Source: Phoronis australis (lineage: Eukaryota > Animalia > Phoronida). From it: 64,000 nucleotides of DNA. The stretch is taken from NCBI GenBank assembly GCA_002633005.1, contig NMRA01000104.1:804841-868840 (forward strand), read 5' to 3'. The position numbers were made by a program, and so were the translations under genes. Below are positions 35,205 to 47,943 of this stretch, in pieces (the stretch's first letter is position 1; each line of letters begins with the position of its first letter). The notes beneath the pieces were generated by a model. That model searched no databases and was not told the origin of the DNA. It worked only from the letters and a program-made list of their open reading frames with translations.

Positions 35205-35518
35205 CCCGGGGGGTCACTAATATTGACAGTCAGTGCCCGCACGCGTGTACCAAAATTGCGGATAGGCGGTACTTTTTCAACAAGTTTGAGGGACCCGCGC
35301 GGTGTCCAATAGGCCCTTAAATTTCCATTTCTTCCCTGCAAAAGGCCCACTTATATTGGCCTCATCCCTGCAAAAGGCGCACTGTCCGCCTCCCTACGGA
35401 AAAATCTACCCCACAAAAGGGAGTAGGAATTAGCAGACCTGGCACCCGCAATAGGGGGTCTCTCAGCAATTTTTGGTACACAAATGCGGGCACCTTGTCA
35501 ATATGAGTGACCCCCGGG
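35205..35518. mobile_element. MITE with ~50-bp imperfect TIRs and 8-bp TSD
   Basis: CCCGGGGGGTCACTAATATTGACAG..GTGCCCGCA / TGCGGGCAC..TGTCAATATGAGTGACCCCCGGG; flanks GCTGCAAT / GCTGCATT. Confidence 0.8.
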
Positions 35519-35863
35519 GCTGCATTGTTGACAAAAAATTGAGAAGCTGAATAGAGGGCGTTATCATTCTTCCCTTGTCATACTTAGCCCACTCAAATGT
35601 TAGGAGACCTACTACGGAAAACTAAGTCTTCTACTTCTCCAACAAAGAGAGTTGAACCCAACACGTGCACTGGTATGAAAAAAAAAATCAAAGACCAAGA
35701 CATAAGGCTATATGGTAAAACGGTTTCATTCATAGACCTCCTCAAACGGGACGCCTGACGATGAAAATGCCCATTGACATAATTATGGGAACAATGTGCG
35801 GTGACAAATCGTGAAGAACGTGCAGTATTGAGCAATCAAAATGACAAAATATTGTTAATGATT

Positions 35864-37066
35864 TTATTCCACAGTTAACGGAATTTCTTGCAAACTGGTT
35901 AAAGTGTTTTTGTCTATCATATTCGCGGTCATTTCCGTATTATCCGTTTTTCCATCAGTGTCCTCTGAACCGTTGTTAACTGACGATATCCCGTGATCAT
36001 CGGGCATGGCAGAAAGACTTGGTAATTTTTTCGCTGTGTTGTTCACGTTTAGATTAGGCACAGAGGATGTCGACGTGAACTTCTTGCCTCTGCGATTTTT
36101 GGAATTTTTTAAAGCCAACATGGCTTCCCGTTCACGATTTTGTCGTATTTGCTCTTCAGACAGACTACTGTAAGCTGTTATATGAACCGGAATTCTATAG
36201 GAAAGTGTTCGTTTGTCGGTCAATGCATTCATAATTTCACTAATACCGAAAGAGGAAATTGTGGAATATTTCGTAGTCATTGTATTATGGTCGTGCGATT
36301 GTGCAGCTGGGGGCACTCCAGAGAAACCAACAATTCTTTCTCTTTCATGCCCATGTTGCCGCGGCCACGTAGACATCATGTTTAATGATTGACAAGACTT
36401 GGTGACATGATGGATTTTAGGGAGTCTTCCATTGATTTTAAATTCTGTTATTTTTCGTTGTGTGTCCATCATGCTTAGACGCCTTCTCTCTATTTTTCCG
36501 ATTCTCTCCCAGTCTTGTACAGACCGTTGGCCTTTGGCGTCACCATAGAGAGTGGACGCATTCCCTTCTTGCGCTAAGATGTCGGCTATTTCATTATATG
36601 CCAGCCTCCTAGCATGAACATAGGGTGTTAACTTGTGCTTGTCCAAAACATCCACTGATAAGTCGTACCTGTTCATGAACCGCACTAAGTATCGCACGAT
36701 GTCGGGATTTGTCGAGAACACAGCGTAGTGAAGTACGGTGTATCCATGGTTATCCCTCTCTGAGAAATCTACTGCTCCGACAGTTTCATTCATCACCACC
36801 TCCATTTCGACTGGACGGTTGAGGAGACACGTCCACGCCATAACTGTTTTACCACTTTTGTCTTTGCCGTCACATTTAGCTCCTCTTCGTGTCAAATATC
36901 GAAACATTCGCTCTCGCTTTCCATCGTCCTCGATTCTCAAAGCAATTACTAGCGGATTTTCTCCTTTCTTATTGCGCACAGTTGCCAGGTCCAGTCCGGT
37001 GTCCACAATAAGCTTGACCTGCTTAAAGCGACAATCCGCTATTGCTTGATAAAGATTTCTAGACAT
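35864..37066 (-). CDS. Ankyrin repeat protein (N-terminal ankyrin repeats, low-complexity C-terminal tail; ANKRD34/ANKRD63-like layout), single coding exon
   Basis: 400-aa ORF with ATG; ankyrin motifs GENPLVIAL, GKTVMAWTC, GYTVLHYAV, LTPYVHA. Confidence 0.9.
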   Translation of the reverse strand: MSRNLYQAIADCRFKQVKLIVDTGLDLATVRNKKGENPLVIALRIEDDGKRERMFRYLTRRGAKCDGKDKSGKTVMAWTCLLNRPVEMEVVMNETVGAVDFSERDNHGYTVLHYAVFSTNPDIVRYLVRFMNRYDLSVDVLDKHKLTPYVHARRLAYNEIADILAQEGNASTLYGDAKGQRSVQDWERIGKIERRRLSMMDTQRKITEFKINGRLPKIHHVTKSCQSLNMMSTWPRQHGHERERIVGFSGVPPAAQSHDHNTMTTKYSTISSFGISEIMNALTDKRTLSYRIPVHITAYSSLSEEQIRQNREREAMLALKNSKNRRGKKFTSTSSVPNLNVNNTAKKLPSLSAMPDDHGISSVNNGSEDTDGKTDNTEMTANMIDKNTLTSLQEIPLTVE

Positions 37067-38786
37067 TATTCAGTGAACTCTCTCGCTCTTTGATGAGAAT
37101 ACATCACGAGCCACTTTTAGCCACGGCGTTCAAACTCCAGTTTTATTCGATGTTCTACAATGATAAAAGAAGGTGAATCAACTGAACTTCATCTTTAGAA
37201 ATGCAGACATCAAATATTTGACTTCAAGTGAGCAAACAATGGCTTCAATTCGATTGGAGTACGGATTTTTAATTTCTAGGGTTACTATTTTGGAATATAA
37301 GTCATTTTCCTATTTTAGTGTGTTTTTAAATTACCCTTAAAGTTCCACAAATAATAAACAAATGTTCCGCAAAATTAAATCAATTTTTTTGATTTTATTA
37401 ATTCTGTGCTCCAACGTTTATCAACGAAAAAATCAATCTCATCTAGGTCCTTGCGCCGATTGACTAAACAGTTTGAGGTTACCATGGAGACAATGTAGCT
37501 TAGGTTAACGGTTATGAAAATGTCACATGAACAGAAACACACGCCTGCTGCATAGTCATTGGATATGAATTTTGCAAGAGACATCTCCATAATACCCGCT
37601 GTGACTAAATGTCGAATTTTCGAAGAGGCCTATGACGTCACATACATGGACGTGAACTTACCGGAATTGCAAATCACAAAGATCGCGTAATCCGCGTCAA
37701 TGTCAAATCATTTTGCTGATTGTACCGTGGACTAAGGTGTAAGCAACTTACCAATTTATCCCAGTGCACTAAATTTCAAGGTACGCAAACCTAATAAACT
37801 AGTACATTTTAGTTCACATAAAAAATCTCTAAATTCTCACCTGTAACCCACACACCGTTGTGTTTAATTGTTGGTCGGCGCATACATCACCACGGCATCA
37901 TATCGTAAGTACCAAAGATTTCATTATCATCAAAAACCAGTTAAACAACCAATACAGCCAAACCACGCGCCCGTGTTCGTCTGCCTCGCCTACAGTTACC
38001 GGAGCTACCACCCCAGCTCCGCTGTCGTCTGGGACTAAGCCGATTACACTTTGATTATTAAGTAAGGGAACTCGAACACGTCTTGACGTGAACGTGTTTT
38101 TACATAGCTGGTTGGTATTGACACACGAAACACTACTGTGTACGCTAACTTAACAGTATTTACTTAGTCGGACAGCGAATAGATAGAGGAAAATGTTCAA
38201 CTTTTGAATCTGTCGCTAGGTTTATTTACCTTCACATCCATTGCGTGACACAAAGCACAGACATTTGCCAATATGTTTTGATTGCCTAACAAATTAATCA
38301 ATAAGTGTTTTTGTGTTCTAGACCAGTTTATTGGTTTAATGTGTTATAAGCAATATCGTGTTGACATTGTTATTGTATTTCCGTCAATAACTTTGCTTTA
38401 ATAGGATGCAATTACATGTTCACTTCTTTGCCCTGATTTCTGCTTTCTCACCTTACGTTGCGGGGTCACGTGCTGCTCCACGATTGAGATAGTGCCTTCT
38501 ATATCTTACTGAGAAAATTACAATCTACTTGTGAACAAATGTCATTCGAATGGGATTGACCATACCTTTTCTTTATCTCTTCAGACAAGCTTACATTAAC
38601 TTGGGTTGGAGGTCGTATACCCTCTTGATCGAGGACTCAAATCCTATTTTTAAAAGTTGATACATTTTATGTTTCAATAATAAAAAGTTCTTAGTGGGAT
38701 TCCAACCCCTACCTGAATGGTACCCATTCGTACACTTGGGTATTGTACGGGTAATGCTTGAAACTGAACATGCAAACCATGTGCGC

Positions 38787-39200
38787 ATACGCCTGCATAT
38801 GCATATGCATGTGGGTGCATATTGTCGTCATTCTTCCAGGTTGTCCGATTGGTCAGATGTCCGTTCGATATCTTAAAAACCCCATGAAATTTGGCACAAA
38901 GTTATGAGCCATCTAGGGCAGTGCATATCACTTTTCAATCTATCTCAGCTTCCCGGGGCCACGGCTTTTCAGTATTTTTGCGAAGAACATTTAAAGTACC
39001 GGATAAGATCCAGGGGATCTCTGGACGAATTTCAATGAAACTTAACACAGAGGTTAATAACGACAATACGCGTATTCGACCATTGCAACATCCGCTAATG
39101 TCTGTCTGTGTCTCGACGAGTGACTTTTCAGTAAGCTACATTTGGGGTGATCGACCAACGTGTCGTCATTCCGGGTTGTATTTATAGATAGGTCTGGCGG
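38787..39200 (-). mobile_element. Fragment of a Helentron-type non-autonomous element related to 11224-12485, opposite orientation
   Basis: Hairpin ending GTGGGTGCATAT, then TGTCGTCAT..GTCCG..GTCCG and ATGAAATTTGGCAC, paralleling the reverse complement of ~12355-12480. Confidence 0.55.
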
Positions 39201-39699
39201 ACGTTCAGTTACTTACAAACCCAATCATCACTTTCCACCCAAGTAAAGAAAAAGTTGAGACCAACTGTATAGAGCGGTAAATGGTTTAAATCAAAAGTTC
39301 GCTTCTTCGATTGAACGCGGGGGTTTGTAACCGCTTCACAGGTGATGGCTCAGTGTGGGCAACTACGCCTTCTTCAGTCGGCTACAAGAGTGTTGTATCC
39401 GAAAAATGTTTTTATCGCCTCTAAGAGCAGTGGCGGTGTGGGTAGTTCTTTGTAGGTGGGGCAAGGTGAGAAAATTGTCCCCCCATGGCATACTGTGAAT
39501 GCCAACTTTTGTGTGGCCAACAGGTACGTTGATTAGCTATAAAACACAAGTAAAGAAAATGAATTGACATGCTTATTGTTCATCACGAAATTAAAAAAGG
39601 ACGCATAGGCCCTGATTCAATTTAATGGCGCTAATTCTGACTGAACATAATTCGCGAATTTGTTAAGTCACGTGTTCAGTACAAATGCGCCCGTTTCAT

Positions 39700-40749
39700 G
39701 CAACTCCGCTGCGTATCCAATGTTTTTCAATGTCGTGGTTGTACAAGCGACACAAGTTGCACCGGAAAAGGAGCAATCTCGTATTTATGTACACGCCGCG
39801 CGCATGCACGGTGACCCGGGTGAGGGCGGACCAGATCCAATCTCGAGATTTCTGGCACAAGTTGTTATAGAGGGCGTATGCAAAAACACTTGTTGGGAGC
39901 AGTAACGATGTTTTTGTCTGATCATCTTTTTCAGTGGGGAACAAACGAGCGTTTTTCTCCTGTCTGACACCGCTGCGTTTTCTAAATCTTAATTTTTGGC
40001 ACTGGAATTATTGCATGGACCGACGAGGTTACTGGATCTAACGCTTTAGAGAGAGAATGGAATGCTTCAGAGCCCTGGCACACGACTTGATGTTACTTTT
40101 GCCTGGCGTTATTGGATGCATCAGCATGTGCACATATATTCACCGTTTCACATAACGTTTCATCATCACGAATACTGCTATCAGTTTCGCTAGTGAATGC
40201 ATCTAAAGTTTCAAGTGTAGGCTAATTCGATTGTAGTCCTTGGACTACATTAGACGTATGTTCTGGCGTCACTGATGCTTAAGACTTTACTAGGCGTTTC
40301 TGCGGGTATACCCATTGCCACCAAGTCGAATATTAAATCAACGTGCAATTCGCTGTCATTTCGCTACAACGGGGCGCAATGATTTTTAGAACATTTACAG
40401 TTTCAAACTGGAGCGGAGATGATTCAAGGCTTATTTTTGAGGCATGTTTGTCACTGACAACTACAGCAATGTTTGATGGTGCAAGTACATCGAATGACCT
40501 GTTAGCACTATCGTACTCCTCCTCGACAGGCTGCAGTTTGATGCGACTGATATTTTAAGAGGGGTTCGTTTGGTTCCAGTCCTGAGCATAGATTAAATGA
40601 ACCAGTTCTACTTCTGCATCGATATTGCTACTTTTGAGGAAATTTTTCATAAAAGTCTCTAGTTGTTTGATTTCTTGGTCCCTGAACGCTTTCAGTTTCC
40701 TGTTCTCGGTTTCCAGATTTTTACTTAGACATGTTTTACGGTCATCGGA
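39700..40749 (-). pseudogene. Decayed exon-like coding remnant (coiled-coil and acidic/Ser-rich), family unknown
   Basis: Acceptor gcaattttag at ~40750, then SDDRKTCLSKNLETENRKLKAFRDQEIKQLETFMKNF...; protein-like composition continues across isolated stops and frameshifts. Confidence 0.3.
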
Positions 40750-43700
40750 CCTAAAATTGCATTACGTGTTCTGAGATATGGCGAAGCAGATGGAAATATT
40801 TGAATTTATTTTTGCTGCCTAGATGACACAATTTTTGGTCTGTTGCATACGGAATTTAAACTGCTTTCCAATTTAATCCGTTTCTTGTTTACTTGCTTGA
40901 ATTATTATTTATGAAACTATATGTGTTCCACCCGGCTGGCCACCCGTTTCATCCTAGGTCCCCAACAATTTGACAACCCGCTTATTTTCCCTCGGTGTCG
41001 CTACTTATTATATCTATAACCTCTCTCGTATTTTCCATTGAGTGGTCCCTGTCCATTTTTTGATTTGCTAGAATTTTCTTTAATTTTTCCCCGAATCCGG
41101 TGAGCAACTTCTCCCATACAATACGTTACATAGGCTACACAAAACGTACCGAGAATAGCGAAGATGAAGTAATATCGCGTATCGACCGAGACCGCGGATT
41201 AATGCGAGTGAGATATTACTTCATCTACGCCAATCGATGTACATTTTGTATTTATCCCATACGCTTCGAATTCCTAAGTTTCATTAAGTTTTCGGTAGAT
41301 TTTTTAAATAGTTCACTCAGACTGTTCACGTGGCAGATCACATCCTATATGTACGTACTTGAGCGTTAGGTTACAAGTTTTCTCTAGTAAAAAGAAACAG
41401 TTTTAAATGTAACGGTTTATTACCTGGAAAGAAATAACAAAGATCAAAACAACGGCAATTGTTCATTGAATTTGTAACATTTCCTGAAAATAGTTAAATA
41501 ACAATATTTGATATTGTAGTTACCGAGGAATCGGCGCCTGAGTTGCAGACAATATAAAATTCAGCTATTGAAAATTGAGACAAAAAGAGTCACACAGATG
41601 TTAAGTTTGGGAACTGATTGGATGTTGAGTGTTATTTATACTGCTGCAATAGTATTACGTTAAACTATTTCGGAAGGTTTGATGATCGAACCGGCTAACG
41701 ACGTCGAGTCGACATTTGAACTTTCCATGTCAGAGGCACTGTTGAAGTAGTGCGAAAGGGGAATACGGAAAGTAATATCAAACGAGTGTATTGCATTCAA
41801 CTGATTCAACGCGTATGGGATAAATCTAAATCCTCATTGGATAGCTCATATTCTGGCTAACTTCTGGCTTTTTGATCTCGTACCAGACTCGACAGCTCAA
41901 GGTCTAGTCTCGGATCCACAAGGCACTAGGCATGAACTACATTCATGACAGAGCGCGTTGTTTTAGTTGTCTTGGGACGGATTAGCGGTTGCAAAGCACG
42001 AATAGGTTCTCTGTATGTTTACCATGCGGAAATCTGTCGTAAGACACCTATGAAACAACGCGTCCCGTGATGTAAGGGGCACATTTTACAAGCTTTGTTA
42101 CACAGGCCAACACATCGTAAGTGAAAGTTTTATATATATTTACACACAGTTTGAAGCAGTAAATTTGTGATTTGGCTACCCCAGACTTTAATTTTGGCGC
42201 CCCTTCAACGCATTTTCAGGGAGGCAGACCCCATCGCCCCCCCTCCCCCCTCTGACACACCGCCAGTAGTCTCAGAGGAAGTACTAACAATGAAAAAGAA
42301 TCCTAAGAACCCTACGTTGACAACCTAACCGCACTACAGAACCATGCTGTTGTGGTTAATTAAATAGCTGATGTTATTGGTCTCTAGAAAATTAGACGAT
42401 CATTTTTACATTAGGGGCGACAATAATATTTTTTAAATTTACGTTTTGAAGGCTTGTAAATAGCATATTTGAATATGTCGTGAAAACCACACATGATTAG
42501 GTTTTGAATTTTGAAAATTGGAAATGTGGCTTTCCCAACCTAAAACGTTTGTTTAATGATGCAGTAATATGTTCCTCATTAATGCTGCTGGGTGTGCAAC
42601 ATAATTGGGCCAGTTACCAAACCACCAGGCAGCAGTTGGATTTTGAGGTAAGCCAAGTGTCATGATACAATTCTTGGTGAGGTGAAATCCCAAAAACAAG
42701 ACCAGAGTTTAGTAAGTATCCTTGTAACAGTATTAAACTACAAATTTTAATATAAAAAACGATAAATTTACTAAACCCACTTTCTTGGCTGGTTCACGAT
42801 CAGCTGAGAAGGCGAATTTCTTGCCACCTATCGTCACCTCGGGGAACCATTCGCGCAATCTAAAAAGAATGGATAACCTACGGAGCGCCCACTGAAGTCA
42901 AAGGTCAATATAATTTACGTGCAAAGGAGACATTTAATAATATGATAGCCTTGTTTCGGGCACAAGCACAGAGCAATGAGCTCTCCTGGTATAGCTCATT
43001 GCACAGAGGAAATCAACCACTTCACAATTGCTGCTCCACTTTGCAAAACTTTGAAATCGTTCAGTTAACACAGTGGACCTACACACCGTAACTTGTATAC
43101 TACAGGTAACCCAAAGCCCAACTGTTTTGAGGCAAAATCTTGTTACTCAAAAGAACCTTAAAATTCTGTAGAATCACGGTAAATTTAACAGGAAACATCA
43201 ATTTGGAGAATCACGTTTAAGTACACAGGCGGAGTTATAGAAGCTAAAACTGTAGCTACAGATTCACATTCTCGGCAGCAGCTGGGATTTATACCGAATC
43301 TGTAACGTTTGCTTTAAAACTCAATGATCGATACCCGGTCGTAAGGCGTGCCCATTCCAGAGTAGTAGGCCTATCTTTCCCCTTGCATCAAGTACATGGT
43401 CCACCCAATAAAAGTGCTGTGGACAATGTACGTTTTTGGAAGAGCTCATCCGTTTCCCTGAGGCTCGGTGTTCACACGGCGCACGGAGAGCGCGCCGCGT
43501 GAAGTGAAGGGGTAGTTCAGGTAGCGCAACTATAAATTTAAAAAGCGCCGAGTCTCCCCTCTCCAAGCGCACTAACTGGCCATGGCAAGCCTATATCGTG
43601 ATGCGGTAAAACACAACAAAGTTGAAGTGAATGTGCAACAATAAACCATTTCAACAGCACCGGACCAGAACAGGTATCAAACAAAATATAGATTTGGAAA

Positions 43701-43889
43701 ACAATGTCATACGTCAACATCTACAGATCTCTAATGCTGCTTGCTTCGACTGGATCAGATGGTTTATAGCACACTGTCACTGTCGATGTTTAAAGAAAAA
43801 AAAGGAAACGTTTGGGCTACATGTGACATTACATGTAAAATCTTGTAAAACTACGTGTTTGCTTGCTAAAGTTTCACGTTGTTTTACAG

Positions 43890-44930
43890 TTAGTTTAAGT
43901 CGCACATGGTGACGTCAGTTTCACTGTGATCGCGTGCCTTCACAGACACAATGTTTGTAATCTTCCTGTTACAGCAGCACTTTTTGCGCAAGAAATCCCG
44001 AATCTCCGACGTTCGCAAGGAATAGATAATGGGATTGAGGCCTGTCTGAATAAAAGCGCAACTCGCGGTAACTTTTGTAGACTGGTGGGCGTAAGCGTGG
44101 AGCAGTCCCGTGCAAGTGGTAATTGTGCACGCCGAGGCCGTCATTATAGACACGATAAACGGAACCCAACATACAATGTACAGCGACGTCATCACAAACG
44201 TTGTCTTGGCAGCCTTCGTGCTTGCTCCATGTGCGCGAGCCTGGTCAGAAGATGTCACCGCTAGTTTGCGAATTTCAGCAATGTGACGGCGAGCGATCGT
44301 GTACATAATACAGTAGGCGGTTAGGACAACCACCAGACTAACGCCAATGACTCCTATCGCCCAAAAAGTAACATAATCTGTTGTATGTTTGTAATAACGA
44401 TCACAGCCATAGTAATAAGGGGTGTCAGCAACCACTTCCCATCCAAATGTCGGATAAAACGTCACCAAGATGGCCCAAAGCCAGACTAAAGCAATAGAGG
44501 CGGCGGCACGAGTGCGAGTGACAATTTCTGTATATCTGAATGGAGAAAAGATAGCGATACAGCGGTCAACGGATATCAAGGCGACACTGAGGAATGACGT
44601 AGTAACCAAGACGGTTGGCCAGTTGGTGATGAGGTTACACAGTCCCACCGTCATGTTGTACCGGGAGGGTGTTATAAGAGCGGGTGAGCTGCGGTCGTAG
44701 AACGCTGTCAACGGAATAGAAATCAGACCGTTTTGTAAGTCGACAAACGCCAGATTGAGAACGAATATGTTCACACAGCTACGTATTCGAGGAGACAAGA
44801 AAAAGACAACGATGACCATGCCGTTAGTAGCGCAAACAAACACGCCAATTAAAAGCATTGCGGCTACCACCGGGGCCGACTTAGGGGATGGCTCCGAAAC
44901 ATTTTGCGTATTGTTGAAACTAAAATTCAT
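43890..44930 (-). CDS. Class A (rhodopsin-like) GPCR, orphan; single coding exon, 346 aa from ATG at 44930
   Basis: 7 hydrophobic segments; TN (TM1), NLAFVD (TM2), DRC (TM3), CWVP (TM6), NPIIY (TM7); N-terminal N-glycosylation sequons; CCC after helix 8. Confidence 0.95.
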   Translation of the reverse strand: MNFSFNNTQNVSEPSPKSAPVVAAMLLIGVFVCATNGMVIVVFFLSPRIRSCVNIFVLNLAFVDLQNGLISIPLTAFYDRSSPALITPSRYNMTVGLCNLITNWPTVLVTTSFLSVALISVDRCIAIFSPFRYTEIVTRTRAAASIALVWLWAILVTFYPTFGWEVVADTPYYYGCDRYYKHTTDYVTFWAIGVIGVSLVVVLTAYCIMYTIARRHIAEIRKLAVTSSDQARAHGASTKAAKTTFVMTSLYIVCWVPFIVSIMTASACTITTCTGLLHAYAHQSTKVTASCAFIQTGLNPIIYSLRTSEIRDFLRKKCCCNRKITNIVSVKARDHSETDVTMCDLN

Positions 44931-46496
44931 TTTGCTCCAATTCTCTATTGTTTTAAAGTTTTGTGTGGCACAGTCCAGAAGAATAATCACACACAACACG
45001 ACTCGATCTCTTCCAATACTTCTTCTATAACTCCAAGTCCAACTGAGAACTACTAAGTTCTCGCCACTGAAAGGCGCAACTAAATGAAGTTCACCAGTGA
45101 CATAACTTTACATATCTCCATGATGTACCATGCAAATATTTTATGTGAATTGTTTATCAAGCCAATTGAAGTTAAATAAATATTTAAGTAACAAAACTCC
45201 AGGTAGGTTGTCGCTTAATTACTTGGGAAAGACCGGGTGGTTTAATTTGATTTCGACAGCATTCAAAGACAAAAATCGATTATCTGAACAAGCAGAGAAT
45301 ACTCATGTTTTTCAACATTCTTCATTTTCGTAAATCAAACATTTCAATGACGATTCGCTGCTTAGCATTCGAATACAAATTGAAACCTGAAACACAAAGT
45401 TTTTATAATTACAAATTGCCAAAGCGGCCGTGGTGATGAATTCATGTTTTCCAATAGGTAATTAAGTAAACGTATGTTTGAAATTTAAATGCCCCAAGCG
45501 CAAACTGCGAACAAAAAAGGAAAGGCATGTAAAACGAGTCCTAGAAAGGACTGATCACGCGCTCTTTGTGAGTTTCCAGTTGCAGCAAGAATATCATTTA
45601 CGTGGTAATGAAAATTTCAACAATCCGTGAAAAGTTCGCTGAATGTTTTGTTTTTTACATTCAAGCTCTCAACCTAGAATGTCATGATAGAAATCTTGAA
45701 AAGGCTGCTTATGTATGAGAAGAAACAAAGAAAGAAAGAATTTACAAGTTTTGTGCGAAAATTTTCACATCTTGTGGAACGCTTTGCGATCTCCGTGGAT
45801 AAGTAGACATTTTTAGAAACGGCTCACGTGACCAAAAATTCAAACGTACTCGCGTATATTGGTAGCCCAACGTGCATGCCAAGTATCCGGATCAAACAGT
45901 GTTTTTGCTTCAGTGTTTTGTGTTCAGTTACAGGCAATGGCTTAGGATGTTGGCTCTGTCATTTGTCCACACCAATGCTCTCCATTGCGACCAAAGCATA
46001 ACCATGGATCAGCACGATTAACATTAAAAAGTTAATATAAGCAGTCTTTGAATTTTTAAAATCTAGGCATTATACTAGAGAAGTAAGCGAATAGATTTTC
46101 ATGAACATCGCGGCTTAGCAATTCGAACATTAATCTGTGAATCGATTATGGCGGGTGAGTCAACCTGGCTTAGGCGCTGGGGCAATAAAACCCCAAAGTT
46201 AGCGTAGTATTTGTGAATATGAAGCGAAAAATGTAAAAAATTCCACGTGAACTTTCCACTAAATTGAGGGTTATATTCTCCAACGAGATAACTGTGTGTG
46301 AGCGATTATATTTTAGTTGATGAGAAACTTGTCGCTATCGCCGTTACGGAGATCTCATTGTTTGACTATGCTCATGAAGTGAGTAATGGTCGTGGTTAGT
46401 CGACTATGTTTTTAACGGGGGCAGCAGTTAATTTCGGATAACCATCCATTTAGAGATTGAACTCGAAGAAGGGACCCATGAAAATGTCACCCTTTC

Positions 46497-46644
46497 CAGA
46501 GGCGGATACAGGATTTAGAGTTGGGGGGTGGTATGGCAGAGTATTAGCCAGGATTTCGCCCATCAGACATTCGCACTCCCGAACTGCCAAATGGAATCTG
46601 GGAGAATTTTAGGGGAGCCCTGTCCTCCTCTAAATCCGCCACTG
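46497..46644. mobile_element. MITE with 5-bp TSD; family also at 56555-56707 and 60284-60435
   Basis: TIR CAGAGGCGGAT / ATCCGCCACTG; TSD CTTTC at 46492-46496 and 46645-46649; internal similarity to the reverse complement of 56555-56707. Confidence 0.8.
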
Positions 46645-47943
46645 CTTTCGCATTTTCGTTCCAAAAAGCAGCACATTTTGCAGTGATTAAATTCTACAAG
46701 CCAAGATCGCGGACAGCTAAGTGTCATTTTAAGCTACTAATTAAGCAGTTGTCATTATACTTATGCCTTTAAGACACGTTACCTGTCCGTAAGTATCAAC
46801 AGACACGGTGGTACATGTAGAAGAAACTTCATGGAACAAAATTTCCTGCAAATTTCCTATCAAACCGTTACCATCTATAGTTGCGACGCCCAATGAAGCA
46901 AAGCAGAGCGCGTGCCGTTCTATTCAATGGAACGATTCGCAACTCTGTATGTTCAACAATTCGTACCTGGTGGCGCCACTTTTTGGTCCACGAGCCCACA
47001 CTAAATTACTGTTAGCATGAGCACACGATCCTCTGAGCGGGTGCAAGCGATTTGGCAGTGGCAGTTGAATTAAATTCACGACACGCAAGCATAAACGACA
47101 GGTAAAAGTGAATTGGCAGTTGTGGACTTTTAAGTGGTATTATAAATCCATGCCCATGTTACTAAATTCCAGATACGATACCCCAAACCCCAATACCGAA
47201 CCAGCAGACCACCAGTTCGCGACGCCCAGACACGGCAAGCGAACTGCGGGTAAGTTATCTGGTGTCTGCTGGTCTAGGTCTCACGGGGTTTCGATACCCG
47301 GCCATGGAATAGTTTCCACCCTTTGTATTAAGACAGATTACAAGAACTTGCATGAGGATGAGAACTTTCGTGAAGTGAACGTGTATCGAACATTATTGTC
47401 CAGGTAAGTGCCGCCGGCAACAGTTTATGTGGAACATAGCAAATTTCTTTGAAACTTTGAATACCCGAAAACAGTACACACGAGCCAGCATGAGTGGGAA
47501 CAACCGACTCCTGAGTGGTTTTAACATATTTTACAGACTTATGATTACAAGCAATGTTTTTGCAACAAAACCGATTCCATACCAAACAATGCATTAACCA
47601 GTCGCACGTCAGTGACAATAAACCTCGTACGGCGTGATCGTTAGTTACAGTCGTATTTGCCATCAGATGTACACGTAAATATTTTACTGTGAGTCATTTT
47701 TAAACTCCATTTTACGTAGGGCCCCTACTTAGACAAGAGAGAATGATCAAGAGTAAGTGCAGAGACATTGTCATTTCATTCCTCTGGTATAGATCTTTTT
47801 AAACATGTCAGTAATGCACATGGTAATTTTTGTGGATCAGGCTTAAACTTTTCATATGCACTGTGCATTAGTCTCACTTTTGTATTTACTCTTAAGGTGA
47901 CAGCCATTCGGAAGAGGTACTAACGTGAAGGTATCAAGCCGAC

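Noticed and set aside
43890-44930. Opsin, or a named histamine/octopamine/adrenergic receptor
   Set aside because: No Lys at 7.43 and no Asp at 3.32; no gene symbol can be supported
44931-44999. N-terminal extension of the GPCR ORF in the track
   Set aside because: Begins at a non-ATG codon; first ATG is at 44930, followed by typical N-glycosylation sequons
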